Positions 48,594 through 58,297 of a DNA stretch of 64,000 nucleotides are shown here, in pieces. Under the pieces are notes generated by a model. The model was given only the letters and a program-made list of their open reading frames with translations. It did not search any database and was not told the origin of the DNA. A program made the position numbers and the translations under genes. The stretch spans positions 2,176 through 66,175 of the forward strand of contig JAAVEC010000019.1 of NCBI GenBank assembly GCA_014801485.1, written 5' to 3'. Each line of letters opens with the position of its first letter. The stretch's first letter is position 1. Source of the stretch: Bacteroides sp. (lineage in GTDB: Bacteria > Bacteroidota > Bacteroidia > Bacteroidales > Muribaculaceae).

Positions 48594-48869
48594 TTACCCG
48601 AATAACTCGGAATGACTGCCAACTCTAATAAGTTTTATTAAATGCTTGGTCTCATCAATCCATATCAAAAGGAAGTCACCTTCGATATGACATTCCATAT
48701 ATCCTGCGTAATCACCATGCAGCATGTGGGCTCTGTATTTCTCCGGAATAGTCGCGCCCGTGCGTAAATAATTGTCAATGAAGTAGTACAACTCCATTAA
48801 CTTCTTAGGATTGTTGGCAAACTTCTTTAAGTCCTTCTTGAATTGTTTGCCACTCTTAATTTCTTTCAT
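48594..48869 (-). CDS. yafQ: YafQ-family type II toxin (ribosome-dependent mRNA interferase)
   Basis: QFKKDLKK, YRAHMLHGDY..YMECHIEGDFLLIW and RVGSHSELF. Confidence 0.95.
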   Translation of the reverse strand: MKEIKSGKQFKKDLKKFANNPKKLMELYYFIDNYLRTGATIPEKYRAHMLHGDYAGYMECHIEGDFLLIWIDETKHLIKLIRVGSHSELFG

Positions 48870-49120
48870 TTCAAATCAAGAGATTTCAGAAATGACTCGT
48901 AACTATCCATACTGACAGTGGTGAGATTATCTTCATCCTCAGCCTCCTTCATGGCGGCCACAGTTGTTGCATTGGGAGTATTATAAACTACATCCATCAA
49001 AATAGTTTCAACATAATTGTTGAGGCTGCGATTATCTCGGGCGGCTAATTGCTTCAAACGTTCCAGGAGTTCTTCGCGCAGACGGAACATGGCAGATTTT
49101 CTAATTATTGCTGCTTCCAT
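48866..49120 (-). CDS. Antitoxin with an N-terminal Arc/HicB-like ribbon-helix-helix and a DinJ-like C-terminus
   Basis: MFRLREELLERLKQLAARDNRSLNNYVE and PNATTVAAMKEA; ATGA overlap with the toxin; TATCTTTG at 49140-49147. Confidence 0.88.
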   Translation of the reverse strand: MEAAIIRKSAMFRLREELLERLKQLAARDNRSLNNYVETILMDVVYNTPNATTVAAMKEAEDEDNLTTVSMDSYESFLKSLDLK

Positions 49121-49207
49121 AGTGCTATCATTTATATTGCAAAGATATATCACTTTTATTTCACAAACAAATATCTCGGAAAAAAATATTAAACCAAGAT
49201 GACCTTG

Positions 49208-51091
49208 TTATTTTTGCGGTGGCACGGCGGTGATGCCGTCGAGGCGCAGGCGGCCGTCGGCTATGAGGCGGCGCAGGGCTTCGGCTGCGGCCGGGGCGCA
49301 GGCAGGCCACCGTCGGGATATATCGCTGATGCGCAGGCCTCCCGGAGCGCTTGCAGCTTCCATTATTTGCTCAGGCAGCTCGGCAGGCACGTGCTCGGCA
49401 GCCTCCCGGCACACGTCGCAGCTTCCGCACGGAGCGGTGTCGGGCTGCCCGAAGTAGTCGAGCATGATGCGCACGCGGCATTCGGCCGTGGTGGTGGCGA
49501 AGTGTATCATGGATTCCACGCGTTCCTCGGCCTTGAGGCGGCGCAGGTCGTAGACCTCGCGCGGCATCACTATCTGCTCGCGCGGCACGCGCCGGTAGTG
49601 GAAATACACGTAGGGTGTGAGGCGTCGCGGGATGTAGTGGAGCACGTGCATGCGCGAGAGCAGCAGCATCTGCTCGTAGAAGACCGAGGCGCTCACGCCG
49701 GCTGTCATGGCCAGGCGATGCTCGTCGATGGGCACATAGTCGGCGAAGATGCCGCCGTAGGTGCGCAGCAGGGCCATGAGCACGCGCTCCGTCACGGGTT
49801 CCAGTTTCAGGCCATAGAATTCGTCGCGCCTCACCGTGGCCACCACCCGTGCCTGCATGGCGGCATCGTCGTTGTATTCTATATAGCCGGCACGCGATAG
49901 CAGATGGAGGGCACTGCGGGTGGGGCGCTCGGGCAGGCCGCGCGAGGCGCAGAACGCCGCGGGGTCGAGGTCGTAGACCTGCTCATAACCGTCGCCCATG
50001 CCGATGTCGAGATGCACACACAGCTCGTCGTAGACGCGGCCAATGAATTCCTTTGGCGGAAATTCCTCGGCCACGCGCCTGCGCAGCGTGGCCGTATCGC
50101 TGGGCGCCAGGAGTATCACGGCGAAGGATGGCAGGCCGTCGCGCCCGGCACGCCCGGCTTCCTGATAGTATTCCTCAAGGGTGGAGGGGAGATCGAAGTG
50201 CACCACAAGGCGCACGTCGGGCTTGTCGATACCCATTCCGAAGGCATTCGTGGCCACTATCACCCGCGTGCGTCCCTCTCGCCACGCGTCCTGGCGCTCG
50301 CTCTTGAGCTGCGGGTCGAGGCCGGCATGGTAGTAGTCGGCCTCGATGCCCTCGTGGCGGAGCATGGCGGCGAGCTCCACGCAGCGGCGGCGCGAGCGCA
50401 CGTAGACGATGGCCGTGCCTTGCGTGCGCTCCAGCACGTGGAGCAGCTGGTGGTCTTTGTGGGGTGTGCGCCGCACGATGAAGCTGATGTTGCTGCGGGC
50501 AAAGCTCAGGCTGTGGACGTGGGGCACGCGCATCCGCAGCTTGTCGGCGATGTCGGCCACCACCTCCGGCGTGGCCGAAGCCGTGAGGGCCAGCACGGGT
50601 GCTTCCGGAAAGAGCTCGCGCACCTGCGCTATGTGCAGGTACGACGGCCGGAAGTCGTAGCCCCACTGCGATATGCAATGGGCCTCGTCCACCACGATGA
50701 GGCTCACGTCCCAGCCTCGAAGCTCTTCCAGGAATGGCTTGCGACGCAGCTTCTCAGGCGCCAGATACACTATCTTGGCGCGCCCCAGGCGTGCGCGGTC
50801 GGTGGCGTAGCGGGCCTCGCGGCGCGTGAGGCCTGAGTGCAGGCACGCCGCGGGAATGCCGCGCGCGGCCAGGTTGTCCACCTGGTCTTTCATGAGCGAA
50901 ATCAGGGGCGTGACCACTATAGTGACGCCCGGCAGCATGAGCGCCGGCACCTGGAAGGTGATGCTCTTGCCGCCGCCCGTGGGCAGCAGGCCTATGGTGT
51001 CGTGGCCGCCCAGCACGGAGTCTACTATCTCGCGCTGGCGCGGACGGAAGCTGTCGTAGCCCCAGTATCGTGCGAGGGTGGAGAGAGGCAT
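49208..51091 (-). CDS. recQ: RecQ-family ATP-dependent DNA helicase
   Basis: PTGGGKS, VDEAHCISQWGYDFRP, ATNAFGMGIDKPDVR, QEAGRAGRDG and Zn-binding C…CGSCDVC. Confidence 0.95.
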   Translation of the reverse strand: MPLSTLARYWGYDSFRPRQREIVDSVLGGHDTIGLLPTGGGKSITFQVPALMLPGVTIVVTPLISLMKDQVDNLAARGIPAACLHSGLTRREARYATDRARLGRAKIVYLAPEKLRRKPFLEELRGWDVSLIVVDEAHCISQWGYDFRPSYLHIAQVRELFPEAPVLALTASATPEVVADIADKLRMRVPHVHSLSFARSNISFIVRRTPHKDHQLLHVLERTQGTAIVYVRSRRRCVELAAMLRHEGIEADYYHAGLDPQLKSERQDAWREGRTRVIVATNAFGMGIDKPDVRLVVHFDLPSTLEEYYQEAGRAGRDGLPSFAVILLAPSDTATLRRRVAEEFPPKEFIGRVYDELCVHLDIGMGDGYEQVYDLDPAAFCASRGLPERPTRSALHLLSRAGYIEYNDDAAMQARVVATVRRDEFYGLKLEPVTERVLMALLRTYGGIFADYVPIDEHRLAMTAGVSASVFYEQMLLLSRMHVLHYIPRRLTPYVYFHYRRVPREQIVMPREVYDLRRLKAEERVESMIHFATTTAECRVRIMLDYFGQPDTAPCGSCDVCREAAEHVPAELPEQIMEAASAPGGLRISDISRRWPACAPAAAEALRRLIADGRLRLDGITAVPPQK

Positions 51092-52821
51092 TACACCTGG
51101 GTGTGGATCTGCTTCACGAGCAGCTGCAGCGACGAGGTGGCGTTGCGGTGCTTGTTTTCCTCGATGGTGTAGCAGATGTTGAACGGCTGGCCGGAGTGGA
51201 TGTGCTTGAAATAGGGAGCCATGTTGAAGGCGATGGCGTTGATCACCTTGCCGCTGGTATCGTCCACGAGCTCCAGCTTGATGTGCTCCAGGTTTTTGCC
51301 CACGAGCTTGCTGGTGCCGAAGTCTTTCACGCGCATGGTGCAGAAGGTGGGCTTCTGGTTGCCGGGGCCGAATGGGTTGAAGAGCCGCAGTGTCGACACG
51401 AATTCCGGCGTGATCTGCGAGAAGTTGATGATGGCGTCGATATTCACCTGCGGCGTCATCTGCTCGGGCAGGATGTTGGCGGCCACGTATTCCTCGAAGC
51501 GGCGCGAGAATTCGTCGATATTCTCCACCTTCATGGAGAGGCCCACGGCATAGGCGTGGCCGCCGAAGTTCTCAAGCAGGTCGCGCGTGGAGTCCACGGC
51601 CTTGTAGACATCGAATCCCTGCACCGAGCGCGACGATCCGGTGGCCAGGCCGTTGGCCAGCGTCAGCACCACGGCGGGCTTGTAGTAGAGCTCCGTGAGG
51701 CGTGAGGCCACGATGCCTATGATGCCTTTGTGCCAGTGCTTGTTGTAGATCACGATCGATTTCTTGGGCGAGTACATCTCGCCGCGCTCCTTGAGGATGG
51801 CGTTGGCCTCCTCGGTCACCTGCTTGTCCAGCTCCTTGCGGTCTTTGTTGTACTGGTCGATGGCCACGGCCAGCTCGGCGGCGTCCTTGGCGTTGCGCGC
51901 CACGAGCAGCTCCACGGCCTCGCGGCCGCTCTGCATCCGGCCCGATGCGTTGATGCGCGGGCCTATCTTGAAGATAACGTCGCTGATGGTAATTTCCTTG
52001 CCGCCCAGGCCGCAGGTGCGGATTATGGCGCGCAAGCCCATGTTGGGATTGCTGTTGAGACGCTTGAGGCCGGCATAGGCCATCACGCGGTTTTCGTCTA
52101 CCATGGGCACTATATCGGCCGCGATGCTCACGGCCACGAGGTCGAGCATGGCTTCGAGCTCGGCCGTGCCTATGCCGTTGCTGATGCTGAAGGCCTGCAT
52201 GAACTTATATCCCACGCCGCAGCCGCTCAGGTGGGGGCAAGGGTAGGTGGAGCCTTCGAGCTTGGGGTTGAGGATGGCCACGGCCGGCGGCAGCTCGTCG
52301 TCGGGCACGTGGTGGTCGCATATTATGAAGTCGATGCCCAGAGATGCTGCATAGGCTATCTCGTCGTTGGCCTTGATGCCGCAGTCGAGGATGATGATCA
52401 GCTTCACGCCCTGCTCCGCGGCAATGTCGATGGTGCGGCGCGATATGCCGTAGCCCTCGTCGTAGCGCGTGGGGATGTAGTAGTCGATTTCAGAGTAGTA
52501 GTTCTGCAGGTAGCGGTACACGAGCGCCACGGCCGTGGTGCCGTCCACGTCGTAGTCGCCGTAGACCATGATGCGCTCCTTGGCGCCCATGGCACGGTTG
52601 AGGCGGTCTACGGCCTTGTCCATGTCGGGCATGAGGAAGGGATCGTGCAGGTCGCGCAGCGAGGGGTGGAAGAATTTTTCGGCCTCGGCCACGGAGCGTA
52701 TGCCGCGCTGCACCAGCAGCTCGCTCACGGGCGACACCGCCGCGAAGCGACGCGCCAGCTCTGCTTCGAGTTTCTGCTCCTCGGTGGTGAGGGGGAGGTA
52801 GTTCCACTTGCTTATAGTCAT
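51091..52821 (-). CDS. recJ: Single-stranded-DNA exonuclease RecJ
   Basis: YGDYDVDG, LDCG, CDHH, GPRINASGR and GGHAYAVG; start reassigned to MTISKW. Confidence 0.96.
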   Translation of the reverse strand: MTISKWNYLPLTTEEQKLEAELARRFAAVSPVSELLVQRGIRSVAEAEKFFHPSLRDLHDPFLMPDMDKAVDRLNRAMGAKERIMVYGDYDVDGTTAVALVYRYLQNYYSEIDYYIPTRYDEGYGISRRTIDIAAEQGVKLIIILDCGIKANDEIAYAASLGIDFIICDHHVPDDELPPAVAILNPKLEGSTYPCPHLSGCGVGYKFMQAFSISNGIGTAELEAMLDLVAVSIAADIVPMVDENRVMAYAGLKRLNSNPNMGLRAIIRTCGLGGKEITISDVIFKIGPRINASGRMQSGREAVELLVARNAKDAAELAVAIDQYNKDRKELDKQVTEEANAILKERGEMYSPKKSIVIYNKHWHKGIIGIVASRLTELYYKPAVVLTLANGLATGSSRSVQGFDVYKAVDSTRDLLENFGGHAYAVGLSMKVENIDEFSRRFEEYVAANILPEQMTPQVNIDAIINFSQITPEFVSTLRLFNPFGPGNQKPTFCTMRVKDFGTSKLVGKNLEHIKLELVDDTSGKVINAIAFNMAPYFKHIHSGQPFNICYTIEENKHRNATSSLQLLVKQIHTQV

Positions 52822-52834
52822 ATACGATATATCC

Positions 52835-53404
52835 TTAGAAATGAATACCCAGCCCCACGCTCGCATAGTGCAGATGGGGCAGGAAATGAGTGTCGCCGTC
52901 GCCGTATTCCACGTTGCCGCGGTGCAGATAGGAGTAGCCCAGGGTCATGAACGAGGCGAATCGCTTGCCGGTGGCCAGGTTGATGCCCAGGCCGCCATAG
53001 GCGTAGAGGCCAGAGCGGTGCACGCCGCCGGGGAAGGTGTTGTTGGCCACGCCCACGCGTGTGTCCATAAACAGCAGGCGGCGCCGCGACGAGCTGAAGT
53101 CCGTGCGAAACATCATGAACACCGGATACGTGCGGCACGAATTGGATGCCATCACTTGCGCTCCGGCGCCCACGCCCAGCATCTTTATCCACTTGTAGCG
53201 CAGGCCCACACCGCCCGATAGGTCGATAGACGACATGTTCTGGCCGCTCATGTCGATGCTTCCGCCCACCTGCACACCCCAGCTGAAGGTGCACTTGGCC
53301 AGCAACTCGGCCACGGATTGCTGAGCGGCCTGCCCCTGTGCCGCCGCACGGAGGGGCAGCAGCACCGCCGCGGCTATTGTCAGGATGGCCACGAGGCGTT
53401 TCAT
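52835..53404 (-). CDS. Small outer-membrane beta-barrel-like protein
   Basis: Signal peptide MKRLVAIL…; alternating beta-strand pattern; C-terminal VGLGIHF; start overlaps the prmA stop. Confidence 0.7.
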   Translation of the reverse strand: MKRLVAILTIAAAVLLPLRAAAQGQAAQQSVAELLAKCTFSWGVQVGGSIDMSGQNMSSIDLSGGVGLRYKWIKMLGVGAGAQVMASNSCRTYPVFMMFRTDFSSSRRRLLFMDTRVGVANNTFPGGVHRSGLYAYGGLGINLATGKRFASFMTLGYSYLHRGNVEYGDGDTHFLPHLHYASVGLGIHF

Positions 53405-54255
53405 AAGGCGGCGGGTTTGCACAGTTCCACGCATGCCCAGTCGTCGCGCGAGCTGCGCTTCACGGGTTGCAGCCCGGCCTCGCGGGCGGCTTTCTCCACC
53501 ATGTCGCAGTCGGCCGTGTAGAAGCCGCTCAGAAGCAGGGTGGCTCCCGGGCGCATGGCCGCGGCATATCGGACTACGTCGGCCAGGATTACGTTGCGGT
53601 TGATATTGGCCACCACCACGTGGGCCGGAGCCAGAGCTTCGAGCAGGGCGGCGTCACCGCGCAGCATGGCTATCTCGGGGTGGCCGTTGAGGCGGATATT
53701 CTCGCAGGCATTCTCCCAGGCGAAGCTGTCGATTTCTATTCCCGTCACCGGCACGGCGCCGCGCATGGCCGCCAGAATGGCAAGGATGCCGGTGCCTGTG
53801 CCCACGTCGATGAGCGAGCGGCCTTCCAGCTCCTTGTCGAGCAGGCTCGTGAGAATGAGGGACGTGGTGGCGTGGTGGCCGGTGCCGAAGGCCATCTTGG
53901 GGTCGATCACGATATCGAATTCGGCGGCGGGCACATCCGTGTGGAAACTGCTGTGGACCACGCAACGCTCGCCCACCACGATGGGCTTGAAGTAGTTGCG
54001 TTCCCACTCGGCGTTCCAGTCGCGGCCTTCCACAAACGTGGCGGCGGCAGTGACCACGGCATCAAACGGAAAATCCTCCAGCACGGCGCGCACGGCGTCG
54101 TCGCTATAGGCAGCGGCCGGCACGTAAGCCGTGAGGCCGCTCTCGTCCGGCACGAAACTCTCGTAGCCGGCGTCGCCCAGCATATAGGCAAGCACATCAG
54201 TGGCGTCGGCGGAGCAGGGCTCTACGTCGAGGCGCAAGGCGTAATAGTCGTTCAT
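53401..54255 (-). CDS. prmA: Ribosomal protein L11 methyltransferase
   Basis: DWNAEWE, IDPKMAFGTGHHATT, DVGTGTGILAI, ANINRN and LSGFY. Confidence 0.96.
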   Translation of the reverse strand: MNDYYALRLDVEPCSADATDVLAYMLGDAGYESFVPDESGLTAYVPAAAYSDDAVRAVLEDFPFDAVVTAAATFVEGRDWNAEWERNYFKPIVVGERCVVHSSFHTDVPAAEFDIVIDPKMAFGTGHHATTSLILTSLLDKELEGRSLIDVGTGTGILAILAAMRGAVPVTGIEIDSFAWENACENIRLNGHPEIAMLRGDAALLEALAPAHVVVANINRNVILADVVRYAAAMRPGATLLLSGFYTADCDMVEKAAREAGLQPVKRSSRDDWACVELCKPAAL

Positions 54256-54462
54256 GCCACAAAGATACGCAAAAAAAACGACTTTTCAGCGGCATTATTG
54301 CAGCAGCTTATTTATAAAAAATTGCGCAGAGCCGCAGAGATAATTAAAGAGTTGTATTTCAATATAGTACGAACGCTTTTTAAAGCGTCCCCCCCCCCGG
54401 GTGGATGTAATTACGGCTGCGGCCACCCGCCCTGCGTCAACGGCTGTAACTTCATCGGCTTT

Positions 54463-54729
54463 CTACTTGCCGCGGATAGTGCGCACGAGGCCCAGCACGC
54501 GCTTGCCCAGCTGCCAGGCCATTATGGCCGAATTGGCGTAGCCGATGGTCGAGAATACGTCGCGCATGGTGCGCCAGCTGCGGGTCACGGGATTGCCCGT
54601 GCGCAGCTCGCTCCACTGGCGTGCGAGCTTGATGCGCTCGGCTGCCACCTGCGCGGTGTTGCGGGCGCGCATGTAGCGCATTTCGTCCAGGGTGTAGCCC
54701 TGCCAGGGTTTATTGGTCGTGGGTGTCAT
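54463..54729 (-). CDS. Hypothetical protein downstream of the holin-like gene
   Basis: Overlaps the upstream gene; codon usage fits the genome; WQGYTLDEMRYMR pattern. Confidence 0.65.
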   Translation of the reverse strand: MTPTTNKPWQGYTLDEMRYMRARNTAQVAAERIKLARQWSELRTGNPVTRSWRTMRDVFSTIGYANSAIMAWQLGKRVLGLVRTIRGK

Positions 54730-55114
54730 TGGGCTGAGGATTGGGTTTAACGGCAGGAGCGTCGGGGTCGTCGAGTATCAGGCGGCTCACGAGCCGTGCG
54801 ATGGGGTCGGTGATGAGCCGGCGCCGCATGGCCACCACCACGATGAGCAGCAGGGCATAGAAACCGGCCACGATGAAGTAGGCGCCATGGGGCGTGAGGC
54901 TGGCCAGAAGGCGCGCGGCGCCTATGCTCACGAATAGGAGCACGGCCGTGACCAGGATTGTGGCTATACCTCCCAGGGCTATGGCCGACATCAGCAGCGT
55001 GAGCCTCTCGGCTGCCGACAGACGTACATTGTCGAGCGTGCCGCGGGCTATGCCCCATAGGGTTGCAAGCACTTGGCGCACTGATGCTTCGCTTTCGGTG
55101 TATTTGTCGCTCAT
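54710..55114 (-). CDS. YqjE/holin-X-like (phage holin family) membrane protein
   Basis: RLSAAERLT followed by two TM helices and RRRLITDPI; context next to YtxH genes. Confidence 0.75.
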   Translation of the reverse strand: MSDKYTESEASVRQVLATLWGIARGTLDNVRLSAAERLTLLMSAIALGGIATILVTAVLLFVSIGAARLLASLTPHGAYFIVAGFYALLLIVVVAMRRRLITDPIARLVSRLILDDPDAPAVKPNPQPNDTHDQ

Positions 55115-55254
55115 GTGATGAGGTTTTTAGAGGGGCGGATAGGTGATAAAAGTAAGGGCAGCCGCCGAGTGAATCGGTCGGCTGCCCGGCTTGCGGTTGT
55201 ATCCGGGGGGGGGATGCAACCGGCGGAGAGAGAGAATGAGAAAAAATTGTGCGT

Positions 55255-55401
55255 TCAGTTCCCGGCTGGCGGGTAAAGGCCCCGACGCCTCAGGGCCTCC
55301 TTTATCTTTGTGCGCACCACCCAGCCGGGGGCAGTGGTGAAGAAGGCCACCACAGCGGCGCCCGCTATGGCGCCTGCGGCGAATGTGCGCTTTCTGTTCA
55401 T
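55255..55401 (-). CDS. Unannotated 48-aa YtxH-like small protein
   Basis: MNRKRTFAAGAIAGAAVVAFFTTAPGWVVRTKIKEALRRRGLYPPAGN*; its ATG overlaps the stop of the upstream ytxH gene (ATGA). Below the ORF-track length cutoff. Confidence 0.7.
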   Translation of the reverse strand: MNRKRTFAAGAIAGAAVVAFFTTAPGWVVRTKIKEALRRRGLYPPAGN

Positions 55402-55601
55402 TTCTTTACGGATTCGATTTCAGCTGCAATCTGCTCTGCAATTTCTTCGGCGGTGCCGTTCTTGAACGGGCAGTATTCATCGATGATTTTCTTGATGTCG
55501 CGACGGGTGCGCTTGCCCGACTGGGGAGCGAGAAGAAGAGCTGTGGCTGCGCCTGCAAGGGCTGCGCCTGCAACGGCGAGGATTACGCTGGTAGTTTTCA
55601 T
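55398..55601 (-). CDS. YtxH-domain protein
   Basis: GAALAGAATALLLAPQSGKRTRRDIK YtxH signature. Confidence 0.88.
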   Translation of the reverse strand: MKTTSVILAVAGAALAGAATALLLAPQSGKRTRRDIKKIIDEYCPFKNGTAEEIAEQIAAEIESVKK

Positions 55602-55679
55602 AATCGAGGAGTTTTTATTGTTTTTATTTGTTTTTCGATTTGTTTACTATCATAACACGATCCGGGCCGTTTTTGTTCA

Positions 55680-57206
55680 CTACCGGTTGAAATCGATTGC
55701 GTAGAAGGCCTGCTTGCCGCTCTCGGGATAGAATCCTGAGATAAACATCACGCGCTCGCGGGCGTCGGCCTGCAGCACGCGTCGGGCCAGAGCCTTGATT
55801 TCGTCGGGCGACGACACGCGCGCCTGGTTGATGGCCAGGATCACGAAGCCGGGACGCACGCCCTGGGCTGCGAAGGGGCCGTCGGAGTCTACGCTTTCCA
55901 CCTGCACGCCGGCCGATATCTGGAGCTTCTGCAGCTGTTCGCGGTCAAGGGCTTTGAAGGTGGCGCCTATCTTGTCGGGGCTGAGCTCGCGCACGGTGGC
56001 GGTGGTGCCCTGGGCATTGCGCAGCACGGCGGTGGTGGTGAGGTGCTTGCCGTCGCGCAGGTAGCTGATGGTCACGCGGTCGCCGGGGCTGAACTTGGTG
56101 ATGGCTTCCTGCATCTGGGCCGTGGAGAGGGTGGGCAGGCTCTCGATAGCGGTGATGATATCGCCGCTCTGCAGGCCGGCCTCGCGGGCGGCCGAGCGGT
56201 CTTCAACGCTGTCTACGTAGATGCCGGCGGTGGCACCCTTGATGCCTTTCTCGGCCACAAACTCGGGCGAGAGCTCCACGAAGCGGATGCCCAGGAGGGC
56301 ACGCTGCACGGTGCCGTACTGCTTGAGATCGGCCACCACTTTCTGCACTATCGACGTGGGGATGGCAAAGGAGCAGCCGGCGTAGCTGCCGGTCTGAGAG
56401 TAAATCGCGGTGTTGATACCCACGAGCTCACCGCGCAGATTCACGAGCGCACCGCCGGAGTTGCCGCTGTTCACGGCGGCGTCGGTCTGGATATAGCTCT
56501 CGATTCCGCCGGTGGCTGCCGTGCGGGTGCTCGACGATATATTGCGCGCCTTGGCGCTCACTATGCCGCTGGTCACGGTGGACGTGAATCCGAAGGGATT
56601 GCCCACGGCCAGCACCCATTCGCCCACGTGGAGGTGCTCGGAATTGCCCATCGGAATCACGTGCAGGTCGTCGGGAGCCTCGATTTTGAGCAGGGCGATG
56701 TCGGTGGTGGGATCGGCACCCACCACGGTGGCGTCGAAGTTGCGGTTGTCGTTGAGGGTCACTTCGAGGTGGTCGGCGTTGGCGATCACGTGGTTGTTGG
56801 TCACGATATATCCGTCGGCGCTGATGATCACGCCGGAGCCCAGGCCTATCTGGCGCTGCTTGGGCTGCTCCTGCTGCTGTGGCTGCTCGGGCACGCGCTG
56901 GCGACCGGGACCGCCGAAGAAGAATTCAAGGAAGGGGTCGGAGAAGGGATCGGCATAGCCCTGGCCGCGGCCGCGTCCGTAGCTCTGCTGCTGGGGAGTG
57001 GCGTAGCTCTTGACGCTCACCACGCCGTTCACGGTCTGCTCGGAGGCGCTGATGAAGTCGGCCTGCGAGATGGTTGCCGCGGGTGCCTGGATGGTTATCG
57101 ACTCTGAGGCGGCTGCCGCGGAAGGTGCAGTGTCGGGAGCGGGCTGGCCGCAAGCCTGGAGCGACATGGTCAGCGCGCATGAAGCAGAAATGATGAATGC
57201 TTTCAT
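55680..57206 (-). CDS. degP: HtrA/DegP (Do family) serine protease with two PDZ domains
   Basis: GSGVII..DGYIVTNNHV, TDIAL, IQTDAAVNSGNSGGAL and PDZ domains; TATATTTG at 57260-57267. Confidence 0.95.
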   Translation of the reverse strand: MKAFIISASCALTMSLQACGQPAPDTAPSAAAASESITIQAPAATISQADFISASEQTVNGVVSVKSYATPQQQSYGRGRGQGYADPFSDPFLEFFFGGPGRQRVPEQPQQQEQPKQRQIGLGSGVIISADGYIVTNNHVIANADHLEVTLNDNRNFDATVVGADPTTDIALLKIEAPDDLHVIPMGNSEHLHVGEWVLAVGNPFGFTSTVTSGIVSAKARNISSSTRTAATGGIESYIQTDAAVNSGNSGGALVNLRGELVGINTAIYSQTGSYAGCSFAIPTSIVQKVVADLKQYGTVQRALLGIRFVELSPEFVAEKGIKGATAGIYVDSVEDRSAAREAGLQSGDIITAIESLPTLSTAQMQEAITKFSPGDRVTISYLRDGKHLTTTAVLRNAQGTTATVRELSPDKIGATFKALDREQLQKLQISAGVQVESVDSDGPFAAQGVRPGFVILAINQARVSSPDEIKALARRVLQADARERVMFISGFYPESGKQAFYAIDFNR

Positions 57207-57433
57207 AGTCTTATATTATAGTTGTGTTAATGATTGTTCAATTTAATAGACTCAGTGCACAAATATAATCCTAAAAACTATTGATTAATCGCTCGTTATG
57301 ATATTTTTGCTAAAATTGGCGCTGTTTACGGAATGTTATAAAAACGTGTGTTAAAATGCATAATTATTGTTAACCGGCAAATGTTGGCGTTTGTTAATTT
57401 GCCTTTTACCGGCGCGTTGAGTATCTTTGCAAA

Positions 57434-58234
57434 GTGAAAAACCGCCTGCTCATATTATTTATGGCACTGCTGGCCCTGGCATCCCTCCCGGCCTGCCACT
57501 CCCATCGCACTGTGGCCCGTGGCGGCCACGGACGCGTAGCGCCCGCGCGGCCCGCGTCGCGGCCGGTGGAGCTGCCATCGCATCCGGTAGTCACCGGCAG
57601 CGGTGCCGATAGCAACGACGCCGAGGTGGTGAGCCGCCTCATCGAGGGAGCCCGCTCCTGGCTGGGCACCCCCTACCGCTATGGAGGCACCGATCGCGAT
57701 GGCGTGGACTGCTCGGGATTCGTGCAGCGCCTCTTTGCCGATATCGCCGCAGTGTCGCTGCCCCGCAATTCGCGCAAGCAGGCCGAGGATTGCCGTCCCG
57801 TGGCTCGGGAAGGGTTGCAACCGGGCGACCTGGTGTTTTTCAACGGTTCGCGCGTGGGAGGCGATATCGGCCATGTGGGGCTCTACGTGGGCGACCAGCG
57901 CATGATCCACGCTTCCACCAGCCGTGGCGTGATCGTGAGCGACATCAATGCCGATTACTATGCCTGCCGCTATTGCGGCGGCGGTAGAGTGGCCGCAATC
58001 ACCTATGGTGCGCGTGGCCGCAAGCCCAAGGGCGCCAAGGCCGCTCCACAGCCCGTCCAGCCCGAGCTGCCTGCTCCCGTGATGATTCCCGCCCCAGAGC
58101 CTTCCGCCCCTGTGGCGGCTGCGCCCGCATCCGTCACGGTAGTGCCCCATGCCATCAGTGCCCGTGTCGACAGCGCTTTCGCGATCCTGCGCATGACCGA
58201 GCCCGACACCATCTGCTCCGACTGGATGGATTAG
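57434..58234 (+). CDS. NlpC/P60 (C40) peptidoglycan endopeptidase lipoprotein
   Basis: Lipobox LPAC; WLGTPYRYGG..GVDCSG, PGDLVFF, HVGLY and IHAS. Confidence 0.92.
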   Translation: MKNRLLILFMALLALASLPACHSHRTVARGGHGRVAPARPASRPVELPSHPVVTGSGADSNDAEVVSRLIEGARSWLGTPYRYGGTDRDGVDCSGFVQRLFADIAAVSLPRNSRKQAEDCRPVAREGLQPGDLVFFNGSRVGGDIGHVGLYVGDQRMIHASTSRGVIVSDINADYYACRYCGGGRVAAITYGARGRKPKGAKAAPQPVQPELPAPVMIPAPEPSAPVAAAPASVTVVPHAISARVDSAFAILRMTEPDTICSDWMD

Positions 58235-58297
58235 GCCCCACAAAAGCCCGTAAGCTACGTAGGGCCAATAATCTCTATACCTCCCCCCGTTTTGTAA

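Noticed and set aside
54710-55114. Holin-like gene as evidence of a prophage
   Set aside because: It is the YqjE-like chromosomal family found next to YtxH; no phage genes or compositional shift nearby.
57300-57400. Repeated TGTTAA-like words between degP and nlpC
   Set aside because: Irregular spacing (15, 19, 24 nt) in AT-rich DNA; cannot be distinguished from chance.
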